Source: a virus (Duplodnaviria; Caudoviricetes). From it: a stretch of DNA of 29,285 nucleotides. The DNA is taken from IMG/VR virus record IMGVR_UViG_3300011115_000256, positions 1 through 29,285 of that record. One strand, written 5' to 3'. Both the position numbers and the translations under genes were made by a program. The notes below the pieces were generated by a model. It saw only the letters and a list, made by a program, of their open reading frames with translations. It was not told where the DNA came from and searched no databases. Below, in pieces: positions 9,901 to 16,754 of the stretch; position 1 is the stretch's first letter; every line of letters starts with the position of its first letter.

Positions 9901-11699
9901 ACCTTCTGTAAATGCTCAGGATTGTCAAAATCAAATGGTCTTTCTACTTGCGCATAGACAGGATATGTAGTCGGTGCTTTACCTTCATCAGTATATCCCC
10001 AAACAGAAAAATCTTTGGAAAATTCTGGCTCAGGAGATAGGAACACAGCGTCACGTTCATCAGCATAGTGACCTGTCATATTATCTTCGTTGGTCAAGTC
10101 TTTCCTAGTCTTAAACTCTGTAATGTTTGGCTCTTTACTGCCGTGATACATCCTACGTTTTTCTGCTGATGGGGCGAGAAACTTTTGAAGGTTAGCCTCA
10201 CGTTCTGCTTGGGGCAATACATTGTTATCAGCAAACAACTTCTTACCAATCTTACCTAAGCCCTTGACTAACTTACCGCCATCTGCCATAAATTCAATCT
10301 TCTTGAAGCCAGTTGCTCCGCCTTCAGCCATTCCCATACGAGCATTGATAGCGGCCTCTAATCGAGCGTCAGCCGCCTCGATGTCAACTGAGCCACCTTT
10401 AGCCATACGCTTCTCAATTGCGGCGGCTAGGCGTGCATCAGCGGCGTCTATGTCGACACTACCACCATCTTTGTATTCGCCTTCCTTAATTCTGCGCTCA
10501 GTAGCAAGGCGTTGCTCCATCAACCTATTAAGCCATTCATCATCAGCATACTGAATTGGGTGGGCGCGTGAGAAGGAGTAGTAGTCGCCAGACTCTGGCT
10601 GACTCAACAAACGTCGAGCGTCAAAGTGGGATTGAAATATGTCTTTGTAGTCTGCGGGTACATCCAACCTACCAGCAACTTTGCCAGCCATTGCGGAGGG
10701 GTAGTCGGATGGAATGTTCGGGTTCTCAATAATGCGTCCTGTGGCATCCATGCGTGCTAACCTAAAGCCAGCCTGATTGGTAGGTACGTCAAGCAACTCA
10801 GGCTCAATGATGGCCTTACGAGTAGCAGGCACATCAGGAAAGCCCATTGATTGGAAGTTCTCTTTACCCATTACTCCAAACAGTTTGGTACGAGCAATGC
10901 CGTTGCTCTTGTCAAGCAACATGGCTTGCGCTTCAGGGCTACGAATCCCCGGCCAATTTGGAATAGGTGCAAACTCCTTAGTCCCTTCCTTCATTGCTCG
11001 GTCAAACTCGCGCTCCGCCTTCTTTGAAATTTTGCTATAAGGTATCTGTTGAAGTAGGGCGTTAGCACCCATTACGTTAAAGTCAGTGTTTGTACCAGAG
11101 CCTGCGGTGTAGATACCATAAACAGGGCGACCACCTTCTCCTGCGCGACCAGCTTGCTTTCCTAACGCAGTTGTACGACCAACACCAGACTCCCATGCGG
11201 CAGACAAATCAGGGTCAATGTGGTTGTAGTTGGCATCCATGTACAGCGGCCCAGCCGTCAGCCTGACAGGCGTCTCTAGTTCATTCTCCCCAACATGGGT
11301 TAGGTACTTGCCGCCAGCGGCTCGGTCACCAACAAGGGGAAACAGCGCCGCCTCTTCCTTTACCAACTGCTCTGGGGTGATGATGCCAATTTCTGGGGGA
11401 TTGAATTTAGGGTCACGCACGGTTGTAGCGTGCATACCATGAGTTGGTTTGGATAACTTGAGGCCACCACCTATTGGGTGATACAGGCCAAGCGCCTCGT
11501 TGGCTTTCTTACTTCGAGCAGGAAGGTTTGCCATTTGCTCTGCAACCTTTGCATCCTTGGCGGCACGGATAGCGGCTTCTTGCTCGTGGGCGGTACGTCC
11601 TGCGGTTCGTATTGCACTCAAGGCTCCTTCGTCGTTTGGAGCCGTCAAGCGCTTACCTATATTACCTAGACCACCTACAATTTTCTTTGCGTCTGCCAT
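6909..11699 (-). CDS. Large polyvalent multi-domain protein: unknown N-terminal domain, three ADP-ribosyltransferase-like (ART-PolyVal-type) domains, ParB-like domain, C-terminal helical tail
   Basis: Three copies of YH[G/A]...[FWY]L[ST]...PV[YH]AQ[VL]..P...[FY]D[SG]...KSA.GNRGTYD; GHEGRHR motif in the fourth module; modules separated by repeated xxDGGK[IL]VxG linkers. Confidence 0.75.
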   Translation of the reverse strand: MADAKKIVGGLGNIGKRLTAPNDEGALSAIRTAGRTAHEQEAAIRAAKDAKVAEQMANLPARSKKANEALGLYHPIGGGLKLSKPTHGMHATTVRDPKFNPPEIGIITPEQLVKEEAALFPLVGDRAAGGKYLTHVGENELETPVRLTAGPLYMDANYNHIDPDLSAAWESGVGRTTALGKQAGRAGEGGRPVYGIYTAGSGTNTDFNVMGANALLQQIPYSKISKKAEREFDRAMKEGTKEFAPIPNWPGIRSPEAQAMLLDKSNGIARTKLFGVMGKENFQSMGFPDVPATRKAIIEPELLDVPTNQAGFRLARMDATGRIIENPNIPSDYPSAMAGKVAGRLDVPADYKDIFQSHFDARRLLSQPESGDYYSFSRAHPIQYADDEWLNRLMEQRLATERRIKEGEYKDGGSVDIDAADARLAAAIEKRMAKGGSVDIEAADARLEAAINARMGMAEGGATGFKKIEFMADGGKLVKGLGKIGKKLFADNNVLPQAEREANLQKFLAPSAEKRRMYHGSKEPNITEFKTRKDLTNEDNMTGHYADERDAVFLSPEPEFSKDFSVWGYTDEGKAPTTYPVYAQVERPFDFDNPEHLQKVKATYLDMFHNPESEFYDPHITSSERSMDLHRFNRKVDDLPKDENNWGRIENQQFQDVLKDIGFDSFYTRERGTKNLGIYDPNRIKSAIGNRGTYDLGESDINKAEGGGAFKKLEFMADGGKIVKGAKKVLKKLMANDVLPEAERQANKEKFLSPSRYKERLYHATPSDFKEFKLGGNDPMMSGEAIWLSSDPTFQPAAHNIGDPRMPNFGVQVMPVHAQVTNPMVLDDKDMLGWAQDVYAGGSREFPELLPKRWADEVRKDYDSIIFADPWGRGDPHEIIMFEPEKIKSAIGNRGTYDTKEKDITKADGGKIVGGLGKIAKKLMTDNTLPAVEREANLQKFLEPSKTPMRLYHGTTATEGGKGNEAIRRIKPSKEGALGSGVYLTPNTAHASGYSNIPNDEAIDAMLASKYYQDTGLNALTQRKTGELLPEQEGGNMLPVHAQLRNPLIIGQTGRNIDPAAEALIKLGMDEESAMRLVERAYEEKGNIGKQIQSRAQSQGYDGIMQYRGDDLNEVVSYRPNAVKSATGNRGTYDINEPDLNKSDGGKIVKGLSKVGKKLLEEPKIQTIEAPSIIIPSKLSNVKEAARKREGEYGARRVERASDEIPNLEKMYQEEALRSAFIGDNARALMTINPADFENYAAPLKPSKHKPAYASLEDRIKSGELYKDDLPTDEYVNYLRNISGGFESVPYLEINKGEQGLPLTPFISGHEGRHRNRALASAGEDANLIQLLPRAELREPFPRRSQEEYIDALKKELAMTNNMVLPEKFDVPSLEELKQTAPEIYEWAKKNVKNNSVFDKKIQRSEIELPDIYAEGGAAFKTLQFKDAQHFDGGGIAFPEMTPMTEGSRREPLLTEKDWENMKRNAPEVYEWEKQNVKDEASQLKSPRGVKDFALRTGAQYLGGIPDLLNLGLMGVDALADTNLSSEKPWFGSEQYIDAMRKVGMVGENEFPIAETVAGVLMPAGLIKKGIKKISGAKPAKQEPKKQQGGLSAMAR
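10335..10475 (-). repeat. 69-bp (23-aa) tandem duplication in polyprotein linker
   Basis: YKDGGSVDIDAADARLAAAIEKR / MAKGGSVDIEAADARLEAAINAR; equivalent Gly codons at 10461 and 10392 are 69 bp apart. Confidence 0.85.
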
Positions 11700-11701
11700 A
11701 G

Positions 11702-13120
11702 TTACACCGCGTAAGGGTTGACTCGCTCTTTGCGAGTATAAGCATAATCATCATCATCGTCATCATAGCGCGGCTCAGGGTTAATGTCGAGGAATCCCAT
11801 ATCTTTCATTAAGCGAATCGCTTGTGTTGCGCTATCCACATAGTCGTCATGCGTCGAGTCAGGGAACGAGCATATTTGGCTGAGGAACCCTTCGCACCAA
11901 TCCTTCACATAGCCCTTGCGTTGGCTCGACTCTGGGAGCCAGACACGCCCTGTTGCGAAGATAGAAGCCGTTATCTGGAGCCTCTGCATCTTGTCAGCTT
12001 TGCCCGGGTTATACCCTCGCACAGGCAAGTGAGCCGCACGAAGTTCTTGAATCAGGGAGATACCCGCCGCCTTGTCCTCGACCAAGATAAGGTCAGGGCG
12101 CTTGGCCTCCTTCCCTTCGCCATAAGATACGCGCCATTCCTCTAGCACCTTGGGCTTGAGTAAGGGGAAGGTTAGGTGTTCAGCCCAACAGTCGATGAGA
12201 AGAACGGACATAGGGCCGTCCATAGGCTTGAATACGCCCCATGTCGTCATAGCAGTAGGGTCGTTGTACTCCTTATCGCTGAAGGCGCAGTCATAGGATT
12301 GGACTATGAACTCAAACTTAGGGAATGGTTTATCGTGCGGGTACAGCTTGAACATATCGCGAGATACAACCTTACCGTCTTCGAGGTCGACAATCTCCCC
12401 CATGACTTCCTGCTGATACAGCTTGCTACCCTTGTACTGCTCCAACTGCTGTCTAAAGGATGAGGCTAGGTTCTGCTCGTTCTCGTAGGTACTAGCGCGG
12501 TCGATGACCACGTCCTCACCTTCGCGCCCTACTAGGTCTAGTATCAAGTCCTTGGGGCGCGGCGTCGTTGTCACAATGACACGCGGCTTGTCACCCAAAC
12601 GTAAGCCCATCATCATCATATCCCACGCCTCACCAGAGCCAAGGTATTGGAAGGCCGCTAACTCATCGCACCAAGCGAAGTGGAACTGAGGCCCTCGTAG
12701 CCGCTCGTAGGAGTCGCCAGAAATGCCGCGAATGATAGACCCATTGGATAGCTTAATCTGATGGTCTTGCTTGTTGTAGTCCACCACGAGTTCGGTAGGG
12801 ATACAAGCCAATAGGCCACTCTGTCCCTCGAAGCAGGTGAACTTAATATCATTCGACGTGGGCGCGAGGACTAAGCACCTAGACTCAGGGTGAGTCCATG
12901 CCCACCACCATAGAGCCTCGGCGGCACTACGGGTTTTCCCTGCCCCTCGACCAGCGAGCATCATCCATACGGTGTAGTCGTAGGCCAACGGCGGAGGTAT
13001 TTGGTATCTATGGGCGCTCGCTACCCAAGTAGCGTGAGCAATCTGTGCAATACGGTCATGGTCGGCCTGAGCGTTGAACTCCGCCTGCGTCTCTGGGTCA
13101 GCAAGCAACTCAGCCAGCAC
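11702..13120 (-). CDS. terL: Terminase large subunit
   Basis: Walker A AGRGAGKT, Walker B AWCDE, motif III TTTP, LRGPQF, nuclease QSYDCA and HDDYVDS; GTG start overlapping the terS stop. Confidence 0.95.
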   Translation of the reverse strand: MLAELLADPETQAEFNAQADHDRIAQIAHATWVASAHRYQIPPPLAYDYTVWMMLAGRGAGKTRSAAEALWWWAWTHPESRCLVLAPTSNDIKFTCFEGQSGLLACIPTELVVDYNKQDHQIKLSNGSIIRGISGDSYERLRGPQFHFAWCDELAAFQYLGSGEAWDMMMMGLRLGDKPRVIVTTTPRPKDLILDLVGREGEDVVIDRASTYENEQNLASSFRQQLEQYKGSKLYQQEVMGEIVDLEDGKVVSRDMFKLYPHDKPFPKFEFIVQSYDCAFSDKEYNDPTAMTTWGVFKPMDGPMSVLLIDCWAEHLTFPLLKPKVLEEWRVSYGEGKEAKRPDLILVEDKAAGISLIQELRAAHLPVRGYNPGKADKMQRLQITASIFATGRVWLPESSQRKGYVKDWCEGFLSQICSFPDSTHDDYVDSATQAIRLMKDMGFLDINPEPRYDDDDDDYAYTRKERVNPYAV

Positions 13121-13706
13121 GCTTACTCATCTCCATGTTCTTAATAACCTCAAGGAACTTGTTAGCGCTAGTATCCTCGGTCTTAATAGTGGCTCCGCCT
13201 TCCACGCCTTCGAGCGCTACGCGGTCACCGTACTTGCGAGGCTTCAGCTTGGCGGCTGTCCACTTGCGTGCGTCGATGCGGTTCTTCTGCCATTGGATGA
13301 AGGTTACGTCAAGAGTCGTGCGACCTTTCTCGTCAGTGTACTCAGGCGGCATCTCGTCAGCGATGGCTAGGATTTCGTCAGCGTTAGTGTCAGCTTGGTC
13401 TTCCCGTGCGCGTGCGTACATCTCGCAGAAGATGGGGAAGCGTATCAACCACCGATAAATCGTCGCGCAGTGCGGGAGGTGTTCACTACTACAGATTGAG
13501 ACTAATGACTCTCCATGAGCGAGTCTCCAACATACCTCTTCTGCTATCTCTTCTGTGTACTCTATTGGTCTATGTGCGGGTCTAGGTATCTTTGCGTGCG
13601 CAGTATCTATATTTACGCCATCCATGCCTTTTTTGGGCGTGACTGTAGGCTTACTAGCCTTAGTAGGTTTGGATGCCTTGGCAGGCTTCTTAATGGTTTC
13701 TGGCAT
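13110..13706 (-). CDS. terS: Terminase small subunit (Sf6-like)
   Basis: YTEEIAEEVCWRLAHGESLVSIC...TIYRWL...YARARE...ADEILAIAD...RIDARKWTAAKLKPRKYGD; directly upstream of terL. Confidence 0.9.
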   Translation of the reverse strand: MPETIKKPAKASKPTKASKPTVTPKKGMDGVNIDTAHAKIPRPAHRPIEYTEEIAEEVCWRLAHGESLVSICSSEHLPHCATIYRWLIRFPIFCEMYARAREDQADTNADEILAIADEMPPEYTDEKGRTTLDVTFIQWQKNRIDARKWTAAKLKPRKYGDRVALEGVEGGATIKTEDTSANKFLEVIKNMEMSKRAG

Positions 13707-13742
13707 AACCCGTAATCCCCATGTAGGTGAGCGAATGTCATT

Positions 13743-13771
13743 AGTGTAAACGATTCGCTTTAGGTTCGCCA
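13743..13771 (-). promoter_or_regulatory. Putative promoter for the packaging/head operon with an operator-like site in the spacer
   Basis: TGGCGA-17 nt-TACACT on the minus strand; spacer contains AAGCGAATCGTT, a variant of the recurrent palindrome. The -35 is weak. Confidence 0.4.
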
Positions 13772-13779
13772 GTATAAGT

Positions 13780-13938
13780 TGTTGGTGGCCCTAAGCGGCT
13801 CTGGGCGCTGGTGCATCCTAACGGGTAGGCCCTCTCACTTAACTTAAGCACCTTGCTTTCACCAACACGGCTGAAGACTGAGTATCCCCCTGTTTTACGA
13901 GAGGCAATCTTCATGCGTGTTAGCCCCACTTGTGTGGG
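13780..13938 (-). ncRNA. Candidate structured RNA upstream of terS
   Basis: Nested helices GCTAACACG/CGTGTTGGT and TGAAGATTG/CAGTCTTCA, an alternative helix TGTTGGTG/CACCAACA, plus GGTGC/GCACC and CCCAC-ACAA-GTGGG hairpins. Confidence 0.5.
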
Positions 13939-13962
13939 AACCGACTCGGTTTTAATTCGCTT

Positions 13963-14130
13963 TCAATTCGTTTTCGATTGGCTACAAAGATTGTCGACAT
14001 ATGCGTAACTACTTTGTTTGGCGCAATCCTCTTGACTCAATGTGAAGTCAGGAACCCATACCATTAAAAGTAATGCCGCTATGAACATTATACCAATTGC
14101 AAACTTCTCAAGCAAGGTTTCTTCTCTCAT
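13963..14130 (-). CDS. Small membrane protein (55 aa)
   Basis: Not in track. MREETLLEKFAIGIMFIAALLLMVWVPDFTLSQEDCAKQSSYAYVDNLCSQSKTN; TGATG coupling to upstream gene, GGAGG SD. Confidence 0.7.
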   Translation of the reverse strand: MREETLLEKFAIGIMFIAALLLMVWVPDFTLSQEDCAKQSSYAYVDNLCSQSKTN

Positions 14131-14324
14131 CACGCTGTAACCTCCTTGGCTAAAATTTGCTGTAAACCAGCCATAAGCTGTTCTGCCTCTTTTCGCGTAA
14201 GTATTGCACTAGAACTGCCACCCTTGACCTGCAAGTGTAGCCATGCACCACCGTCGTCCCATTCGGAGACTGATACGCGGACACTGTCCTCTGTGTAAAT
14301 GATTGTTTCAATTTCGTTTGTCAT
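14130..14324 (-). CDS. Hypothetical protein
   Basis: Likely start MTNEIETII at 14324 with AAGGA SD; the track start at 14369 overlaps the upstream gene. Confidence 0.7.
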   Translation of the reverse strand: MTNEIETIIYTEDSVRVSVSEWDDGGAWLHLQVKGGSSSAILTRKEAEQLMAGLQQILAKEVTA

Positions 14325-14334
14325 GGTATTTTCC

Positions 14335-14580
14335 TTAGCTGTTAAAGTATTTAACGATTTCAGTTTCAATGCGGTCAGACTCTTTGCTAGTCAACTTCTT
14401 AGTTAACCACCCTGCTGGGCGACCACGACGGTCTAGAACTTCCCAATCAGACTCGGTATACCCGTAGTAGTCAACGTCGCTGTCAGCGCTGTGGCAACCG
14501 TCTACGCTGTCAAAGGTAAACACGCCAATCAGGCAAGGTATGCCTGCTACTCTTGATTCTATTTTTGCTATGTAAGCCAT
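14335..14580 (-). CDS. Hypothetical protein
   Basis: 81 aa; SDVDYYGYTESDWEVLDRRGRPAGWL; AAGGGA SD. Confidence 0.75.
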   Translation of the reverse strand: MAYIAKIESRVAGIPCLIGVFTFDSVDGCHSADSDVDYYGYTESDWEVLDRRGRPAGWLTKKLTSKESDRIETEIVKYFNS

Positions 14581-14621
14581 TTGATTCCCTTTCGATTTCG
14601 ATTCGCTTTTGATTCGTTATC

Positions 14622-14643
14622 GGGGGGTTTACACCCCCCTTTT
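14622..14643. terminator. GC hairpin, terminator-like (T-run on the plus side)
   Basis: GGGGGG-TTTACA-CCCCCC-TTTT between two minus-strand genes. Confidence 0.5.
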
Positions 14644-14646
14644 GAT

Positions 14647-14916
14647 TTAGCCGATTAACAAGGCCACGTCTTTGACGTCTTCCATGTTGGCAAGACGACC
14701 ATAGTTGCTGATGCTGTACTCAATCTGGGCAACTGTTGGCACGCCCAACAAAGAGTAATCCACGCCTTGTACGCACTGGTTTGTGCCTTCGTACCAAGTT
14801 AGCGTGACCATGAGACCCTCAACGCTTTCAACGGTACGAACCTGCGCTTCTGGGCTGTCGCTAGTAACCACGAGTTGACCTACGCGGATGTCTTTTAGTT
14901 TGATTGCTTTTTTCAT
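14647..14916 (-). CDS. Hypothetical protein (first gene after promoter cassette 1)
   Basis: 89 aa; ATG immediately preceded by AAAGCGAA. Confidence 0.75.
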   Translation of the reverse strand: MKKAIKLKDIRVGQLVVTSDSPEAQVRTVESVEGLMVTLTWYEGTNQCVQGVDYSLLGVPTVAQIEYSISNYGRLANMEDVKDVALLIG

Positions 14917-14971
14917 TTCGCTTTTCTTTCACTGTTACCTGACTATGCGATATTGCTGTGTCAGTGGTATT

Positions 14972-15034
14972 AGTATAACATCAAATTAAACAATGCAACA
15001 ACTTTTTTATAAATATTTGTAGGTACTTTCCCTA
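14972..15034 (-). promoter_or_regulatory. Early promoter cassette copy 1
   Basis: TAGGGAAAGTACCTA box, AT-rich tract, TGTTGCAT, conserved spacer, TGT-TATACT. Confidence 0.7.
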
Positions 15035-15057
15035 ATAGGGGCTTTCGCCCCGCCTGA

Positions 15058-15489
15058 TTAAAAATGTGGGTTACGCTCTTCATGGTGACCGCTAATCATT
15101 GACCAACAGCGCATAGTCCAAGCACCAGTGTTACGCTTACGATAGAAGACGCGGCCTTCAGTAGTCGTAATCTTCTTCATGGTCTTACTGATAGTCTTGA
15201 TATAACCACAAGGATATGAGTCACCGTTGAAGCAATAAGACACTGCATCCAAAACCTGCGGAGCCTTGATAACGTCATAACGTGGTGAAGTGCAAGCACC
15301 AGCGTCAGTAGCAATGTACTCAACACCTTCGAAGATGCTGGCGGCTTCTGCCACCTCTTGAGCCTTCTCGAACGAACTAAAGTCGTGACGAGATACCCAA
15401 CCATCTGCGTGTTGTACTTGCTTGCTGATTTCTACAACCTCAATACAGGCTGGAGCGTTACGGTGAGTTTGTGTTTTAAAGTAGTTCAT
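15058..15489 (-). CDS. Hypothetical protein
   Basis: Likely start MNYFKT at 15489 after AAAGCGAA-CT; the track extension to 15594 runs through a structured leader. C-terminus EERNPHF. Confidence 0.75.
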   Translation of the reverse strand: MNYFKTQTHRNAPACIEVVEISKQVQHADGWVSRHDFSSFEKAQEVAEAASIFEGVEYIATDAGACTSPRYDVIKAPQVLDAVSYCFNGDSYPCGYIKTISKTMKKITTTEGRVFYRKRNTGAWTMRCWSMISGHHEERNPHF

Positions 15490-15516
15490 AGTTCGCTTTC
15501 GTTTAGTTGTTAAGTG

Positions 15517-15643
15517 ATGCAGTAGGTTAGAACGCTGACTTGTTTTTATGTAGGCCTTGTTGCTACCTACCTTCCTCACCCTTGAACCTGTCATATAGAC
15601 TTCGTCTAGTGTTTTCCCGTCAATCTGGTAAAACCTACTGCAT
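15517..15643 (-). ncRNA. Candidate structured 5' leader RNA
   Basis: Perfect 12-bp closing helix ATGCAGTAGGTT/AACCTACTGCAT enclosing TGAC/GTCA, TAGAC-GAA-GTCTA and GTAGGT/GCCTAC stems; begins 6 nt after a -10 box. Confidence 0.55.
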
Positions 15644-15649
15644 AACTGA

Positions 15650-15713
15650 AGTTTAACACCACATTAAACAATGTCAACACTTTTATTAAAATATTTACTA
15701 GGTACTTTCCCTA
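15650..15713 (-). promoter_or_regulatory. Early promoter cassette copy 2
   Basis: TAGGGAAAGTACCTA box, AT tract, TTGACA-16 nt-TAAACT with extended -10 TG. Confidence 0.8.
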
Positions 15714-16754
15714 ACCCACAAATTCGTGACTGTAACACAACCTTTCTGCATGAGACAGCCTGTAATTTTGGTTTGTCCATTTCTTTTGACTCTTTGAGTC
15801 CCCTCGTACTTTTTGGTTTTTGCTGGTAGGTTTCCACAATGGTGAGTTGTTGCGATACTCACCCAAACGCGGCGACGAAGACTTGCTGAAGTACCTACCC
15901 CCCTCCGCCCTCACCATCATGCCCATAGCGTCCGATATACGAACGCCCATACCCAACCCTTGGAACTCAGGCAACACTACTGTCCTATGGCCTCTCCATG
16001 CGTTCTGAAGGGTTCCGCTTGGCATTGGTATCACAGCGGCAAATCCAATTGCTGTATTTTCCCATTTGGCAACCCAACAGCGTGCAGAGCGATTGATGTT
16101 TGCTGTGAGATAGTGATGCTTGCTGAATAGCGCCCATGCCCCAACGGTAGACGGTACGAGTTCCAACTCAATAGTTGGTCGCCTTTCTACCCCCCTTGTT
16201 GACAGCACGCCAACCGTTGTGTCAAACACCCAATCTGGTTGGAGCCACTCAACAATGTCGTAGTGGCAAGTAGCAAACACAATGTTTTTGAGTCCTTCTT
16301 TACGAACATACCTTGATGTAGCGTAAGAACACGACTTTGCCACGTTACGGTCAACCACCGACGTAAACTCGTCAATCACCGCGCCATCAACTAAACGACG
16401 CGCAAGGTCTGCACGAAAACGCTCACCAGTTGATAGCACATGATATGGCTTGACCCATACAGGCACAGAGTTTAGGCCAACCGCACCCAATCGCGTCATG
16501 GCCTCCTCTGCGCTATTGAAATGAGAGCATATAGACTTGTTGACAACCCAATCAATTTGACGTTCATTACCAAACTGAGCAAGCAACGTAGACTTGCCTG
16601 AGCCTGATGGGCCAACAATCAAACCAATTTGAAAGTCAAGCGGCGCTTTTAATACTGGCACGTCAAACGTACTGTTTCCATCAAACTCAAAGTCAAACGA
16701 CTTAGCGCATTCAATCGTTATGTTGTCCAACTCTACCGTTGATTTAAGTTGCAT
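15711..16754 (-). CDS. ABC-type ATPase fused to GNAT (Mom-like) acetyltransferase
   Basis: Walker A GPSGSGKST, ABC signature LSTGE, Walker B AVIDEF, H-loop ATCH; C-terminal FSKHHYL and acetyl-CoA motif RTVVLPEFQGLGMG. No transmembrane partner nearby. Confidence 0.85.
   Translation of the reverse strand: MQLKSTVELDNITIECAKSFDFEFDGNSTFDVPVLKAPLDFQIGLIVGPSGSGKSTLLAQFGNERQIDWVVNKSICSHFNSAEEAMTRLGAVGLNSVPVWVKPYHVLSTGERFRADLARRLVDGAVIDEFTSVVDRNVAKSCSYATSRYVRKEGLKNIVFATCHYDIVEWLQPDWVFDTTVGVLSTRGVERRPTIELELVPSTVGAWALFSKHHYLTANINRSARCWVAKWENTAIGFAAVIPMPSGTLQNAWRGHRTVVLPEFQGLGMGVRISDAMGMMVRAEGGRYFSKSSSPRLGEYRNNSPLWKPTSKNQKVRGDSKSQKKWTNQNYRLSHAERLCYSHEFVG

Noticed and set aside
9552-10289. Internal MADGG methionines as independent translation starts
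   Set aside because: No convincing SD upstream (AAGAAGATTGAATTT, AAGAAGCTAGAGTTT) and two of the four internal leaders lack Met; not fully excluded.
13645-13692. KPAKASKPTKASKPT 18-bp repeat in terS
   Set aside because: Low-complexity basic tail expansion, common in small terminases.
13741-13929. 62-aa minus-strand ORF upstream of terS
   Set aside because: No SD, unremarkable composition, and it coincides with extensive RNA-like base pairing and a putative promoter.
14590-14621. CRISPR-like or satellite array from the TTCGATT repeats
   Set aside because: Units are ~11 bp and degenerate with no unique spacers; better explained as operator/iteron copies.
13780-15643. tRNA or hammerhead ribozyme identity for the two structured RNAs
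   Set aside because: No complete tRNA cloverleaf with proper arm spacing, and no CTGATGA...GAAA hammerhead core seen in either element.
15711-16754. ABC transporter as an auxiliary metabolic gene
   Set aside because: No permease or binding protein; the ATPase is fused to a GNAT domain.
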